Assembly: GCA_965223995.1 (NCBI GenBank)
Contig: CBDCXY010000017.1
Coordinates: 520,519 to 584,518, forward strand
Direction of reading: 5' to 3'
DNA: 64,000 bases
From: Pontixanthobacter sp.
GTDB lineage: Bacteria > Pseudomonadota > Alphaproteobacteria > Sphingomonadales > Sphingomonadaceae
Shown in pieces: positions 51,465 to 60,837 of this stretch. Under the pieces are notes generated by a model, which ran no database searches, was not told the origin of the DNA, and saw only the letters and a program-made list of their open reading frames with translations. How positions within the stretch are numbered: the first letter of the stretch is position 1; every line of letters begins with the position of its first letter. A program made the translations under genes and the position numbers.

Positions 51465-52796
51465 ATGTGGCTACTCGACAAATTCCTGTCGCGCGCGATC
51501 AAGATCGGACAGCTGATCGTTACCGATCATGATGGCAAGGAATACACTTACGGGCCGGGTGGAGATTACTCGGAAACCGACGGTGGCCGCCCCGGCCCGG
51601 TCCGCATTCGCCTGACCAACAAGAAGGCCGCCAACCATATCGCGCGCTATCCGCAATGCGGCGCTGGCGAGGCCTATATGTGGGGCTGGCTGGTGGTCGA
51701 GGAACCGCACGATATCCGCGACATGATCCTGTTCGTGACCATGAACGCGAAGAAGCTGGGCGGATCATCACTCAAGGCCAAGGGGCCGTTCCGCAAGGCA
51801 TTGCAAAGCATGATCGCCAAGGTCGACGGTATCAATCTGCGCGGCAGCGCGCGCAAGAATGCCGAGCACACCTATAACCTTACGCGGCGCCTGTACGAGC
51901 TGTTCCTCGACGAGGATCGCCAATACACGATGGCGTACTATCGTGAGGATCCCGAGAACACCTCGCTCGAGCAGGCGCAGATGGACAAGAAGGCGCATAT
52001 GGCCGCCAAGATGTTCATGAAAACGCCCGAAGAGAACGGTGGCGTGCCGATGAAGGTGCTCGATATCGGCTGCGGCTGGGGCGGCTTCGCGATGTACCTG
52101 CACGAAATGTATGGCTGCGAAGTTCTCGGCGTGGCGCTCGCGCCCGACCAGATCGCCTTCTGCAAGGAACGCGCCGAGGCGGCGGGCGTGGCCGACAAGG
52201 TCAAGTTCGCGCTGATGGATTACCGCGATGTGACAGGCGAATTTGACCGTATCTCCAGCGTCGGCCTGCTCGAACATGTGGGCACGATCCACTATCCGCA
52301 GTTCTACGAGCACACCAATCGCCTGCTCAAATCCGATGGCGTGATGTTCAGCCATTGCTGCGGCCGCGCGGGCAAGCCGGGCCATACCGACGCCTGGACG
52401 CGCAAATACATCTTCCCCGGCGGCTACATCCCCGCCCTGTCCGAACTGGTCACGCAGAGCGAACAATATGGCTGGCAGGTGATGGATGTAGAGGCGATGC
52501 GCTACCACTACTCCTACACGCTGGAGGAGTGGTATAACCGCACGGTGATGCACAAGGACGAAATCGTCGAGATGTATGACGACGTGTTCTACCGCATGTG
52601 GCAATTCTACCTCGCCGGCGCCGAACAAAGCTTCCGCAACGGCGGGATGGTCAACTGGCAGCTGATCTATGTGAAGGACCGCAATGCGATCCCGATGACG
52701 GGAGAGTTTGTGTTCGAGGAGAGCGCGCGGTTGCGGGAGAAAGGCGTGGTGCCGGAGTGGAGTTTGGGTGCGGAGATGCGAGAGGCGGCGGAGTGA
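51465..52796 (+). CDS. cfa: cyclopropane-fatty-acyl-phospholipid synthase family methyltransferase
   Basis: HYNL....Y..FLD....Y..AY, VLDIGCGWGG, S.G..EHVG, and W..N. C-terminal pattern. Confidence 0.8.
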   Translation: MWLLDKFLSRAIKIGQLIVTDHDGKEYTYGPGGDYSETDGGRPGPVRIRLTNKKAANHIARYPQCGAGEAYMWGWLVVEEPHDIRDMILFVTMNAKKLGGSSLKAKGPFRKALQSMIAKVDGINLRGSARKNAEHTYNLTRRLYELFLDEDRQYTMAYYREDPENTSLEQAQMDKKAHMAAKMFMKTPEENGGVPMKVLDIGCGWGGFAMYLHEMYGCEVLGVALAPDQIAFCKERAEAAGVADKVKFALMDYRDVTGEFDRISSVGLLEHVGTIHYPQFYEHTNRLLKSDGVMFSHCCGRAGKPGHTDAWTRKYIFPGGYIPALSELVTQSEQYGWQVMDVEAMRYHYSYTLEEWYNRTVMHKDEIVEMYDDVFYRMWQFYLAGAEQSFRNGGMVNWQLIYVKDRNAIPMTGEFVFEESARLREKGVVPEWSLGAEMREAAE

Positions 52797-52808
52797 AGGA
52801 GATAAGGG

Positions 52809-53765
52809 TCAATTTGCTCTGACGAGATGACCGATGCCTAAGCGATCCAAACGCTCCAGCGCATCCTCACCAATAGCGTTTCGCTTTTCTATCGCGACTA
52901 TTTGCCGCGCAATAAATTCAGCTATCGGTGGTGCTACTGCGTTGCCAATGAATCGCCCTCGGCGACCGTCCAACCCTCTGGGAACCCCATCAGTTGCTCG
53001 CATTCGCTCCAGGTCAAGTTTCTCGCCACAGAGAATTGGTCTATCGGTATGGCCGCCTTGATGTCGTCCAGTTTGGGCACGTATCGTGGGGCAATAGCTT
53101 GTTGCCTTGGTGTATCCGAAGCCTCCGCGACGCTGAACCAAAAGCGGAGCGTCTGAAACAGAGCTTTGCGAAAGGTCGGGTCTAGTTTTCCGCCCCTTCC
53201 CGCTCTTCGCTCGCGCCTTATTATCCCTAAGCAATTTGCTGCTGTCAGTATAGAATTGATAGGAAAGTTCCGACTTATAACTTCCGATAAGGAATACTCT
53301 TTCTCGATTCTGGGGGAAGCCGAAGCTGCGAAGGTTGCACGAGAACCATATCCCCAAATACCCGATTTCTTCGAGCTCGTTGACAACTCGCTCAAAGTCA
53401 TTGCCTTGGTCTGCACTGAGGAGCCCGGACACATTTTCAAGGACAACCCAGCGAGGTTTTCTGACTGCAGCAAGTTCCGTAAATTCGTAGAAAAGTCCGC
53501 TTCGTCTTCCCTCAAGACCTTCTCTTTGAGTGTTTGCGTTGCTGAGGTCTTGACACGGCCATCCGGCAGCCCAGAGTTCGGCATCAGGAATTTCCTTTGG
53601 TTCGAGATCAGTAATATCAGGGTGAAGAGGAACATCAGGCCAATGGCGTTTTAAGACACGCTGACAATATTCATCAATTTCGCAGTGAAAGGCAGGTGTC
53701 AGCCCAGCCTTCTGGAAACCGAGATCAAACCCGCCTACACCGGCAAAAAATGACGCGAAACGCAA
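52809..53765 (-). CDS. DNA (cytosine-5)-methyltransferase; a C-terminal motif is encoded out of frame
   Basis: Motifs FFAGVGGFDLGF (I), GWPCQDLS (IV), LENVSGL (VI), FPQNRERVFLIG (VIII) and GNAVAPP (X). Apparent TTG start after GGAGGA. The region is low in GC. Confidence 0.8.
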   Translation of the reverse strand: MRFASFFAGVGGFDLGFQKAGLTPAFHCEIDEYCQRVLKRHWPDVPLHPDITDLEPKEIPDAELWAAGWPCQDLSNANTQREGLEGRRSGLFYEFTELAAVRKPRWVVLENVSGLLSADQGNDFERVVNELEEIGYLGIWFSCNLRSFGFPQNRERVFLIGSYKSELSYQFYTDSSKLLRDNKARAKSGKGRKTRPDLSQSSVSDAPLLVQRRGGFGYTKATSYCPTIRAQTGRHQGGHTDRPILCGEKLDLERMRATDGVPRGLDGRRGRFIGNAVAPPIAEFIARQIVAIEKRNAIGEDALERLDRLGIGHLVRAN

Positions 53766-53834
53766 ATGATCCTCCTAAAGTCTCGGTCCGAAACATAAAG
53801 GGAACGCTGATTAGGTCAACCATTTGCATCGAGA

Positions 53835-54599
53835 TTGGATGGGATAACGAACTTGAGTAAACGCAGCAGCACCGGGACGCTCTATGAGCCAGCGACCTCA
53901 CAAACTCATTCCCCTGAATACAGAGCCAACTGGCTCGCAAAGGCTAAAGCTACGTTTAACGCGCCGGATTCGGCAAATGCGAAATACTACGGCATCATTC
54001 TTGATTTGCTTTGGCCAGACAGTCATGGACTGCCTGGCCCCGCCGTCAGCGAGAAAGACATCCGTGCACGGTTAGACGAAGTTCGCGTCGCAGAAGGCAA
54101 GAAGCCATACGTCGACCCATTCCGGCGTATGCGTGAGCTGCAAGGTGATGAGGGCTTCACATCGATAGTAAAAAGTGGAACCAAGTATCAGCTACAATCA
54201 ACGGATATTGGTCCGAAACGTGAACCACGCAGCAAACCTAGAGCGGCGCTATGGAGGGCTATTAAAGCCGAAGCAGACGGTGCGTGTTCGAAATGCGGTT
54301 TAAAAGAACCTGAGATTAAACTCTCGCCCGATCATAGAATTCCAAGATCAAGAGGCGGTTCAAACGATGATCCTAACTGGCAGCCTCTTTGTGTTAGCTG
54401 CAACACTCTCAAGAGCGTATCTTGCCAGAATTGCACGCGCCTGTGCAATGTTTGCTATTGGGCATACCCTGAACGATATGCGCAATTAGATGTAGCAGAT
54501 ACTTATCGTGGGAAAATTCGGGAAGAAGCAGAAAAGCATAAGATCTCTCAGAATGAGGCGCTAAACAAGATTCTGAAAGATTACTTTCGGAAATACTAG
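53835..54599 (+). CDS. HNH-family endonuclease, probable restriction partner of the adjacent MTase
   Basis: C-terminal CSKCG...LSPDHRIPRSRGGSNDDPNWQPLCVSCNTLKS, an HNH motif on a zinc ribbon. Divergent from the MTase across 69 bp. No in-frame ATG lies near the 5-prime end (TTG at 53835 or 53853). Confidence 0.65.
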   Translation: MDGITNLSKRSSTGTLYEPATSQTHSPEYRANWLAKAKATFNAPDSANAKYYGIILDLLWPDSHGLPGPAVSEKDIRARLDEVRVAEGKKPYVDPFRRMRELQGDEGFTSIVKSGTKYQLQSTDIGPKREPRSKPRAALWRAIKAEADGACSKCGLKEPEIKLSPDHRIPRSRGGSNDDPNWQPLCVSCNTLKSVSCQNCTRLCNVCYWAYPERYAQLDVADTYRGKIREEAEKHKISQNEALNKILKDYFRKY

Positions 54600-54626
54600 T
54601 CACAACGAAAACAAAAAATATCGAAC

Positions 54627-54803
54627 CTAAACCACCTCTCTCACCTGCCCGATCTTGATTTCGTCCGCGCACAGTTCCGCTTGGGCTAGATCATAGGCCG
54701 ACTGCATCCGCAGAATCGTCGCGGCGGATATGCCGAAGCCTTTCTCGAAACGGATTGCCATTTCGGGTGAAATCGCCGCCTTGCCATTGAGCAGATTGCT
54801 CAT
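54627..54803 (-). pseudogene. N-terminally truncated HigA/VapI-type antitoxin remnant
   Basis: LLNGKAAISPEMAIRFEKGFGISAATILRMQSAYDLAQAE aligns with the C-terminal half of the complete HigA encoded 11 nt upstream. The first HTH helices are missing. Confidence 0.6.
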
Positions 54804-54814
54804 CGCCGGACGCA

Positions 54815-55129
54815 CTAAGCCGCCAGCTGTTCCACCTTCTCGATCTCCGCCGCTTTCTCTCCCCGCACCGTCGCAAGATCGTATGCCTGCTGCAAATTGA
54901 GCCACATCTCGGGCGATGTCCCCAACAGCCGCGCCAGTTTCAACGCGACGAACGGCGTTATCGCCGACTTGCCGGTAAAAATATTGTGCAACGCCTCGCG
55001 GCTCATGCCCAGACGGCGCGCGAATTCGGTCTTGGTCAGGCCGGTTTCGGGAAACACGTCCTCGCTCAGCACCTCTCCGGGATGAACCGGCCCGAGACCG
55101 GCGATCGCTTCGCTCCTGTCCATCGTCAT
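54815..55129 (-). CDS. higA: HigA-family (HTH_3) antitoxin
   Basis: PVHPGEVL.E......GLT..EFARRLG.SR..L..I..GK..IT...A.KLA...G.S...WLNLQ..YDL. ATG 55129 is preceded by GGAAAGGAA. Confidence 0.8.
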   Translation of the reverse strand: MTMDRSEAIAGLGPVHPGEVLSEDVFPETGLTKTEFARRLGMSREALHNIFTGKSAITPFVALKLARLLGTSPEMWLNLQQAYDLATVRGEKAAEIEKVEQLAA

Positions 55130-55166
55130 TTCCTTTCCTTGCCCGTGATATGCGCCCGGGCAGCGC

Positions 55167-55442
55167 TCAATGATAATCCTCCAGATCGACATCGACCGCG
55201 TCGCGCCCATCCCACGCGAAGGTCAGGCGATAATTGCCCGTCACTCGCACCGAGTAGCGTTTCGGCACACCCTGAAGCGGGTGGAAGTGAAACCCCGGCA
55301 GATCGAGATCTTCCGGTCTTGTCGCCGCGTTGAGCACAGCCATTTGCCGCTCCATCCGGCGCATATTCTGCACCGGCAGTTTTCGCGTCAAACCCTTCTG
55401 CGCGAACGCCTGCAGAGGTCTGCTGCGAAAGCTCCTGATCAT
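55167..55442 (-). CDS. higB: HigB-type (plasmid maintenance system killer, RelE/ParE superfamily) toxin
   Basis: MIRSFRSR.L..F...G........M......L..L........L....F.FH.L.G......S.RV..N.R..F.......V.D...EDYH. A consensus -35 TTGACA lies at 55472-55477 on this strand. Confidence 0.8.
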   Translation of the reverse strand: MIRSFRSRPLQAFAQKGLTRKLPVQNMRRMERQMAVLNAATRPEDLDLPGFHFHPLQGVPKRYSVRVTGNYRLTFAWDGRDAVDVDLEDYH

Positions 55443-55668
55443 TGGTTGGCGATAACTATCATGCATCAATTTGTCAAGTGACACTTAACATTCTGCATTC
55501 CGTTTTCCTACAGGCCGCCACGCGGCTATGTTCGCATCGGCTCTTTGAAAATCGAATAGATGCTCCAATCGGACAATCCACACGCGAAACTTCACTTTCG
55601 ATTGTTCATACGCGCAAGTTTCGCAAACTTCGCCCCCCGAAGTTCACATCGTCACGCTGCGAATCGGG

Positions 55669-56994
55669 TCAGCTGGCGCGCTTCACCAACCGATAGACCG
55701 GTCCAAAGCCGACAAGCGCGGCACCGATAAAGGGCAAGGCGACAACCCATAGTCTGACGCCCGTCACACCTTCAGGGCTGGCAATGCTGATCGCGGCGGT
55801 CATCGCCAGGCCAAGGCAGATCAGCAGCAGGCCCAGCACCAGCCGCCAATGCGGTACCGGATAGTCGCGTTTTGCCGGTCCACTGCCTCTCTCGAAACGA
55901 ACAAACAGCATGATCAGCGGCAAGGTCAGCGCAATATAGAGCGCGAACCAGATCGGCCTTGCTAACCACCATTCGGTGCTTCCCGGCACGACATCGAGCC
56001 CCACCCCGCCCATCAACCAAGCCGCAACCATCACCAGCACGAAGGCGGTCAGGTGCCACAGATAGATGCTCATAATCATCCCGTTCATCAGCACCACGCC
56101 GGTCCAGATGCGGATGTTGCCCAGCAATTTGCGCGCCGGTTTTTCGAGCGAGAGTGCCAGCCCGGTCTGCATCACGCCAAGCGCAAGCAAGGCAATCGTC
56201 GGCGGCATCGAATTGGTGATCTCTGCGCCCGGGACACCGATCATCGCCACCGGATAGGGGCCGTAGATCGTAAGGCCGACAAGAGCTGCCAATCCGGCGA
56301 CGAACCACAGCAGCGCTCTCCCCTCGAACCGTCCGTCGCGCCAGGCATAGCCAAGCTGATGTACCGCCACCCAGACGAACAGGAAGTTGAGAAAATTGAT
56401 GTAGGGTATGCCAGCGTAAAGCGTCAGCCAGTCGATCAGGATTGCTGCTGCGATAAGCGCAAGGAAGCTGGCGAGACCGAACCGCTCCCACAACCGATAT
56501 GTCAACGGCGCGAGCGCAGTCACCAGCAGGTAGACGGCAAGGAACCACACAGGGACCAGCGCCAGCGATGTCGCCAGCCGAACGATCATCCGGTCAATCC
56601 CCATCTGCGTTCCAAAAAACGCGATCACGCCCCATACCAGCAGCACAGGGAACACCGGCTTGATCAACCGCTGGATACGGCTGGCAAACCAATCGGAATA
56701 GTGACCGCCTTTGTCACGGGTGGAGGCCCAACTGACCCCGTTGGAATAACCGCCAACAAGGAAGAAGATCGGCATCACCTGAAAGCCCCAGGTCAGCCAT
56801 TGCGACCACGGCAGGATGCCCAGCAAATGCCCACCCTGCACCGCGCCGCTCTCGTCGATATAGGGCGCAGCCACCAGCCAATGGCCGATTACCACGGCGA
56901 GGATCGAGAAGGCTCTCAGGAAATCGACATAGCGGTTGCGCTCTGGCGGAGCCTGTTCCGCCATCGCAAGCGCTTTGCTCCAAAGTCCTGCCAC
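55669..56994 (-). CDS. acyltransferase family 3 membrane protein
   Basis: N-terminal RNRYVDFLRAFSILAVVIGHW and about 10 transmembrane helices. An alternative ATG lies at 56964. Confidence 0.75.
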   Translation of the reverse strand: MAGLWSKALAMAEQAPPERNRYVDFLRAFSILAVVIGHWLVAAPYIDESGAVQGGHLLGILPWSQWLTWGFQVMPIFFLVGGYSNGVSWASTRDKGGHYSDWFASRIQRLIKPVFPVLLVWGVIAFFGTQMGIDRMIVRLATSLALVPVWFLAVYLLVTALAPLTYRLWERFGLASFLALIAAAILIDWLTLYAGIPYINFLNFLFVWVAVHQLGYAWRDGRFEGRALLWFVAGLAALVGLTIYGPYPVAMIGVPGAEITNSMPPTIALLALGVMQTGLALSLEKPARKLLGNIRIWTGVVLMNGMIMSIYLWHLTAFVLVMVAAWLMGGVGLDVVPGSTEWWLARPIWFALYIALTLPLIMLFVRFERGSGPAKRDYPVPHWRLVLGLLLICLGLAMTAAISIASPEGVTGVRLWVVALPFIGAALVGFGPVYRLVKRAS

Positions 56995-57074
56995 GCAGCG
57001 CTCCTCCTAAATCCCGTGTTAGGCGGGATATAGGAACGCCGCTCCGATTTGCCTACTTTTGAACAGTTTGGGGC

Positions 57075-58643
57075 CTAGCCTTGCGCCATACGCTGGGCGG
57101 CGATCCAGTGATTGTTTATCTCGACATTGCCAGGGGCCAGTTCGAGCGCTTTCGTTATCAGGTCGCGGCCTTCGCTGCTTTGCGGATCGGCCTGCAACAG
57201 GCTCCAGCCGAGCGTGTCCATAATGATCGGATCCGACGGGGCGAGCATAAAGGCCTTGCGCGCCAGACCGACCGCACCAACCCGGTCGCCGCGCTCCAGC
57301 CGAATATTGGCCGCGTTGTTGAGGACAATCGGATCGGCGTCGCCGCCAGTGTTCAACACCCGCTGGTAGATTGTGTCAGCCTTGGCCCACTGTCCTGCGC
57401 GGATGGCCTTGCCAGCCTCGACGAGCTCCTTCGCATAGGGTACGCCCGATTTCGCCGAGCGTACGCGCTGCGCCAGCGTTTGCTGTTCTGGCAGGCCAAG
57501 CTTGCCGGCGAGCGATGCCCCCAGCTGCAAGGTCGCAGCGGTCGCATTCGCGCGGCTGAGCGCAGGCTTCAATATGTCCCAAGCTTTCTGGCTGGCACCG
57601 GTCGAGGCATATTGCTGGGCAAGGACGATTCTGGCCGCAGGGTCATCGCCGCCGAGCCGGAAGAACCGTTCCAGCTCGCTGATGGCAGTGTGGGTCTGGC
57701 CCCGCTGGGCCGAAATCAAACCGCGCAACTTGCGCAACTCCGCGAACTCGGCGCCTTTCGAGCCGGTCGCCTGAACCAGCATATGCGCCTGATCGATGTC
57801 TCCTTCCTCGAACGCCATCTGCGCGGCGAAGAAGGCACCGATCGGATTTTCGGGCGATATCTCTTTCGCCTTGCCTACCCACTCTGCGGCCGTTTCCGCA
57901 TCGCCGCTTTCCCGGGCAATCGCCGCCATCGAGAAGATCGCCGGCAAATTCCAGGGGTTGGACGTCAGAACTTTCTCGAAGTGCTCCTTGGCCGCATCGA
58001 GGTTCCGGTCGCTGAGCTCGAGCCGCCCCGCCAACAGCCGCGCTTCGATCATGCTGGGACGTTTTTCAAAAACGTTGCCGAGCGATGCACGCGCTTTGGG
58101 TAGGTCGCGCTGGTCATAGGCGCGCTTGGCATCAAGGACGATCAGATCAACCGAGTCCGGAAACAGTGCCAAGCCTTCATCAAGAACCGCCAGGGCTTTG
58201 TCCGACTCGCCCTCGCTCAGTTGAGCTACGACGGTGACTGCATAGGACAACCCGCTTTTGCTGGTGCCGTTCTCAAGCGTTTCGAGCGCAAGGTCGGTAT
58301 TACCCGACTGGAGATAGGACTTGGCGAGCAGTGCATTGGCTTCCTCACCATACTTTGCATTCCCGATGAGCTTCTTGAACTGCTCGGCAGCACCAACCGG
58401 ATTTTCAAGAGCCAGCTCGGTCTTACCGTAGAGCATGATTGCTTCCGGATCGGCCGGGTTTTGCTTGAGGGCCTGCTGTACGAATATGCGCGCTTCCGAA
58501 AGATTGCCCTGCTCGCTTTTTTCGATTGCGGCGGCAAGCGGGTCGGAAGGCGTGTCATCGCAGCCTCCGACCAACAACAGCGAAGCGGCCAAGGTAGCCG
58601 TTAACATCTTGTAGGCGAGCGGGGATCGAAATTGTGTCGACAT
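57075..58643 (-). CDS. TPR-repeat lipoprotein (PrsT-like)
   Basis: Lipobox LLVGGC followed by TPR-like repeats throughout. The N-terminal logic resembles PEP-CTERM-system TPR proteins, but the protein is shorter (522 aa). Confidence 0.55.
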   Translation of the reverse strand: MSTQFRSPLAYKMLTATLAASLLLVGGCDDTPSDPLAAAIEKSEQGNLSEARIFVQQALKQNPADPEAIMLYGKTELALENPVGAAEQFKKLIGNAKYGEEANALLAKSYLQSGNTDLALETLENGTSKSGLSYAVTVVAQLSEGESDKALAVLDEGLALFPDSVDLIVLDAKRAYDQRDLPKARASLGNVFEKRPSMIEARLLAGRLELSDRNLDAAKEHFEKVLTSNPWNLPAIFSMAAIARESGDAETAAEWVGKAKEISPENPIGAFFAAQMAFEEGDIDQAHMLVQATGSKGAEFAELRKLRGLISAQRGQTHTAISELERFFRLGGDDPAARIVLAQQYASTGASQKAWDILKPALSRANATAATLQLGASLAGKLGLPEQQTLAQRVRSAKSGVPYAKELVEAGKAIRAGQWAKADTIYQRVLNTGGDADPIVLNNAANIRLERGDRVGAVGLARKAFMLAPSDPIIMDTLGWSLLQADPQSSEGRDLITKALELAPGNVEINNHWIAAQRMAQG

Positions 58644-58752
58644 ACTCGTCTATTGCCCGACAAGAATTCCCAATTCGTTAACTTCGATAAACCCTGCCGA
58701 TCAACCATCAGTGTCAGCTTTTTTTACAAGCAAACCATCGATCCACGGTGCG

Positions 58753-58760
58753 TTAACCAT
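58753..58760 (+). promoter_or_regulatory. TTAACCAT, matching the CtrA 8-mer motif described for Caulobacter
   Basis: Exact 8-mer in the divergent intergenic region. Three further (G)TTAAC-like cores lie in the same 263 bp. Confidence 0.3.
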
Positions 58761-58906
58761 TGAATCTCGCAGATTTTGGCCGGTTCCACAGAACTGGCAC
58801 GCATGGTGCTTCACCTTAACCCTAAGCGTTTTGCTCAGAATTGACTGACCGCAACTTGATCGCGGCGAAAATGAAAGAGCAGTTAACTTTGATTAGGGGG
58901 ATCCCG

Positions 58907-59422
58907 ATGAAGAAATTGAAGATGGCCACAGTCGCTTTGGGCATGGCAGCTGCAGTTGCAGCAACGCCAGCATCGGCCGCGATTTACGAATACACCATGA
59001 CCAATGGTGACGTGCTTACGATCAACACCGATACCGAAAGCGCGACATTTGTTGGCAACCGTATCAATGCCAGCATGACCAGCAGCCAGTTTGCTACGTT
59101 CACTGGCGGCGCTGTTCCGACGTTTAGCTACATCCTCGACTCGCTGGACGGTACCCGCCTGATCCGCGGCCAGTGGGTTACCGACAATCCGCTGCACGCC
59201 AACACAACCCACCCGCAGAAGCTGATCAGCTATGGTCCTGGTCGTAACGGTCGTGTGAACCTGTGGGCATGGTGGGGCGACCCCATCATCGGCGGTGACT
59301 ACATCACCTACATCAAGTCCTACAAAGCGCAGGTTCCCGAGCCTGGTGCTCTCGGCCTGATGGGTCTCGGTCTGATCGGTCTGGCATTTGCCCGCCGTCG
59401 CCGGAAGAAGATCGCGGCCTGA
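58907..59422 (+). CDS. PEP-CTERM sorting-domain protein
   Basis: Signal peptide MKKLKMATVALGMAAAVAATPASA. The C-terminus VPEPGALGLMGLGLIGLAFARRRRKK gives the PEP motif, a transmembrane helix and a basic tail. Confidence 0.8.
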   Translation: MKKLKMATVALGMAAAVAATPASAAIYEYTMTNGDVLTINTDTESATFVGNRINASMTSSQFATFTGGAVPTFSYILDSLDGTRLIRGQWVTDNPLHANTTHPQKLISYGPGRNGRVNLWAWWGDPIIGGDYITYIKSYKAQVPEPGALGLMGLGLIGLAFARRRRKKIAA

Positions 59423-59445
59423 TCTCGATCAGTCCTGGATAGTTT

Positions 59446-59484
59446 GGGGCCTCCTGTCATCGCGACGGGAGGCCTCTTTCTTTT
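59446..59484 (+). terminator. intrinsic terminator after the PEP-CTERM gene
   Basis: Stem ggcctcc / ggaggcc followed by tctttctttt. Confidence 0.65.
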
Positions 59485-59602
59485 GGGCGGGATCCTGCGC
59501 AATCCACCCAAGCACGGGTTTGGCAACATATAGCCGAATCCCTTTGCTCCGATGCCATCTCCCTGATACCGGCTCGCTCGTCAAATCTGCGGAGCTTTGC
59601 AA

Positions 59603-60820
59603 ATGTCGGACATCAAGAGAGTCGTGCTCGCCTATTCGGGCGGTCTCGACACCAGCGTCATCGCCAAATGGCTCGAGGTCGAGCGCGGCCTCGAAGTCGT
59701 GACCTTCACCGCTGATCTTGGTCAGGGAGAGGAGATCGAGCCTGCTCGCGAGAAAGCTCGCACCATGGGTATCCCCGACAAGCACATCTTCATCGAGGAT
59801 CTGCGCGAGGAGTTTGTCCGCGACTTCGTTTTCCCGATGATGCGCGCCAATGCCCGCTATGAGGGCGATTACCTGCTCGGCACCAGTATCGCACGCCCGC
59901 TCATCTCCAAACGCCTGGTCGAAATCGCGCACGAGACCGGTGCTGACGCCATTGCTCATGGCGCTACAGGAAAGGGCAACGACCAGGTCCGCTTCGAACT
60001 GTCCGCATATGCGCTTGATCCCGATATCACGGTGATCGCACCATGGCGCGAATGGAACCTGACCAGCCGCACCGCGCTGATCGAATGGGCCGAGGCACAT
60101 CAGATCGCAGTTCCAAAGGACAAACGCGGCGAAAGCCCATTCTCGACCGATGCAAACCTACTGCACACGTCGTCCGAGGGCAAAGTGCTCGAGGATCCTT
60201 GGGAAGAGACCCCCGACTATGTCTATTCGCGCACCGATCACCCCGAGGCAGCACCCGATGAACCCGACTACATCACCATCGAATTCGAGAACGGCGATGG
60301 CGTCGCGCTGAATGGCGAGGCGATGAGTCCGGCAACTCTGCTTACTTCGCTCAATGAGCTCGGCCGCAGGCACGGTATCGGCCGTCTCGATCTGGTCGAG
60401 AACCGCTTCGTCGGCATGAAATCGCGCGGAATGTACGAGACACCGGGCGGCGAGATCTACGCCCGTGCACATAGAGGGATCGAGCAGATCACTCTCGATC
60501 GCGGTGCGGCGCATCTCAAAGACGAGCTGATGCCCAAATATGCCGAGCTCATCTACAATGGCTTCTGGTACAGCCCCGAACGCGAGATGCTGCAGGCGGC
60601 TATCGATCTGAGCCAGGAGAAGGTCGGCGGAACTGTCAGGCTCAAGCTCTACAAGGGCAATGCATCGGTGGTCGGCCGCAGGTCTGCCAGCTCCCTCTAT
60701 TCCGAACAACATGTCACATTCGAGGATGATGCCGGAGCTTACGACCAGCAGGATGCCGAAGGCTTCATCAAGCTCAACGCCCTGCGCCTGAAGCTTCTCG
60801 CCAAACGCGACCGCTGCTGA
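59603..60820 (+). CDS. argG: argininosuccinate synthase
   Basis: [23 protein letters not shown] and [20 protein letters not shown] taken at 59603. Confidence 0.96.
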   Translation: MSDIKRVVLAYSGGLDTSVIAKWLEVERGLEVVTFTADLGQGEEIEPAREKARTMGIPDKHIFIEDLREEFVRDFVFPMMRANARYEGDYLLGTSIARPLISKRLVEIAHETGADAIAHGATGKGNDQVRFELSAYALDPDITVIAPWREWNLTSRTALIEWAEAHQIAVPKDKRGESPFSTDANLLHTSSEGKVLEDPWEETPDYVYSRTDHPEAAPDEPDYITIEFENGDGVALNGEAMSPATLLTSLNELGRRHGIGRLDLVENRFVGMKSRGMYETPGGEIYARAHRGIEQITLDRGAAHLKDELMPKYAELIYNGFWYSPEREMLQAAIDLSQEKVGGTVRLKLYKGNASVVGRRSASSLYSEQHVTFEDDAGAYDQQDAEGFIKLNALRLKLLAKRDRC

Positions 60821-60837
60821 ATCGACCAACCGTTGAG

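Noticed and set aside
52934-53635. 233-aa ORF overlapping the MTase on the same strand, considered as an independent gene
   Set aside because: Only its last ~35 codons look like real protein (the MTase LT..E...L.GFP block). The rest is an out-of-frame reading of the MTase. It is treated as evidence for a frameshift, not as a separate gene.
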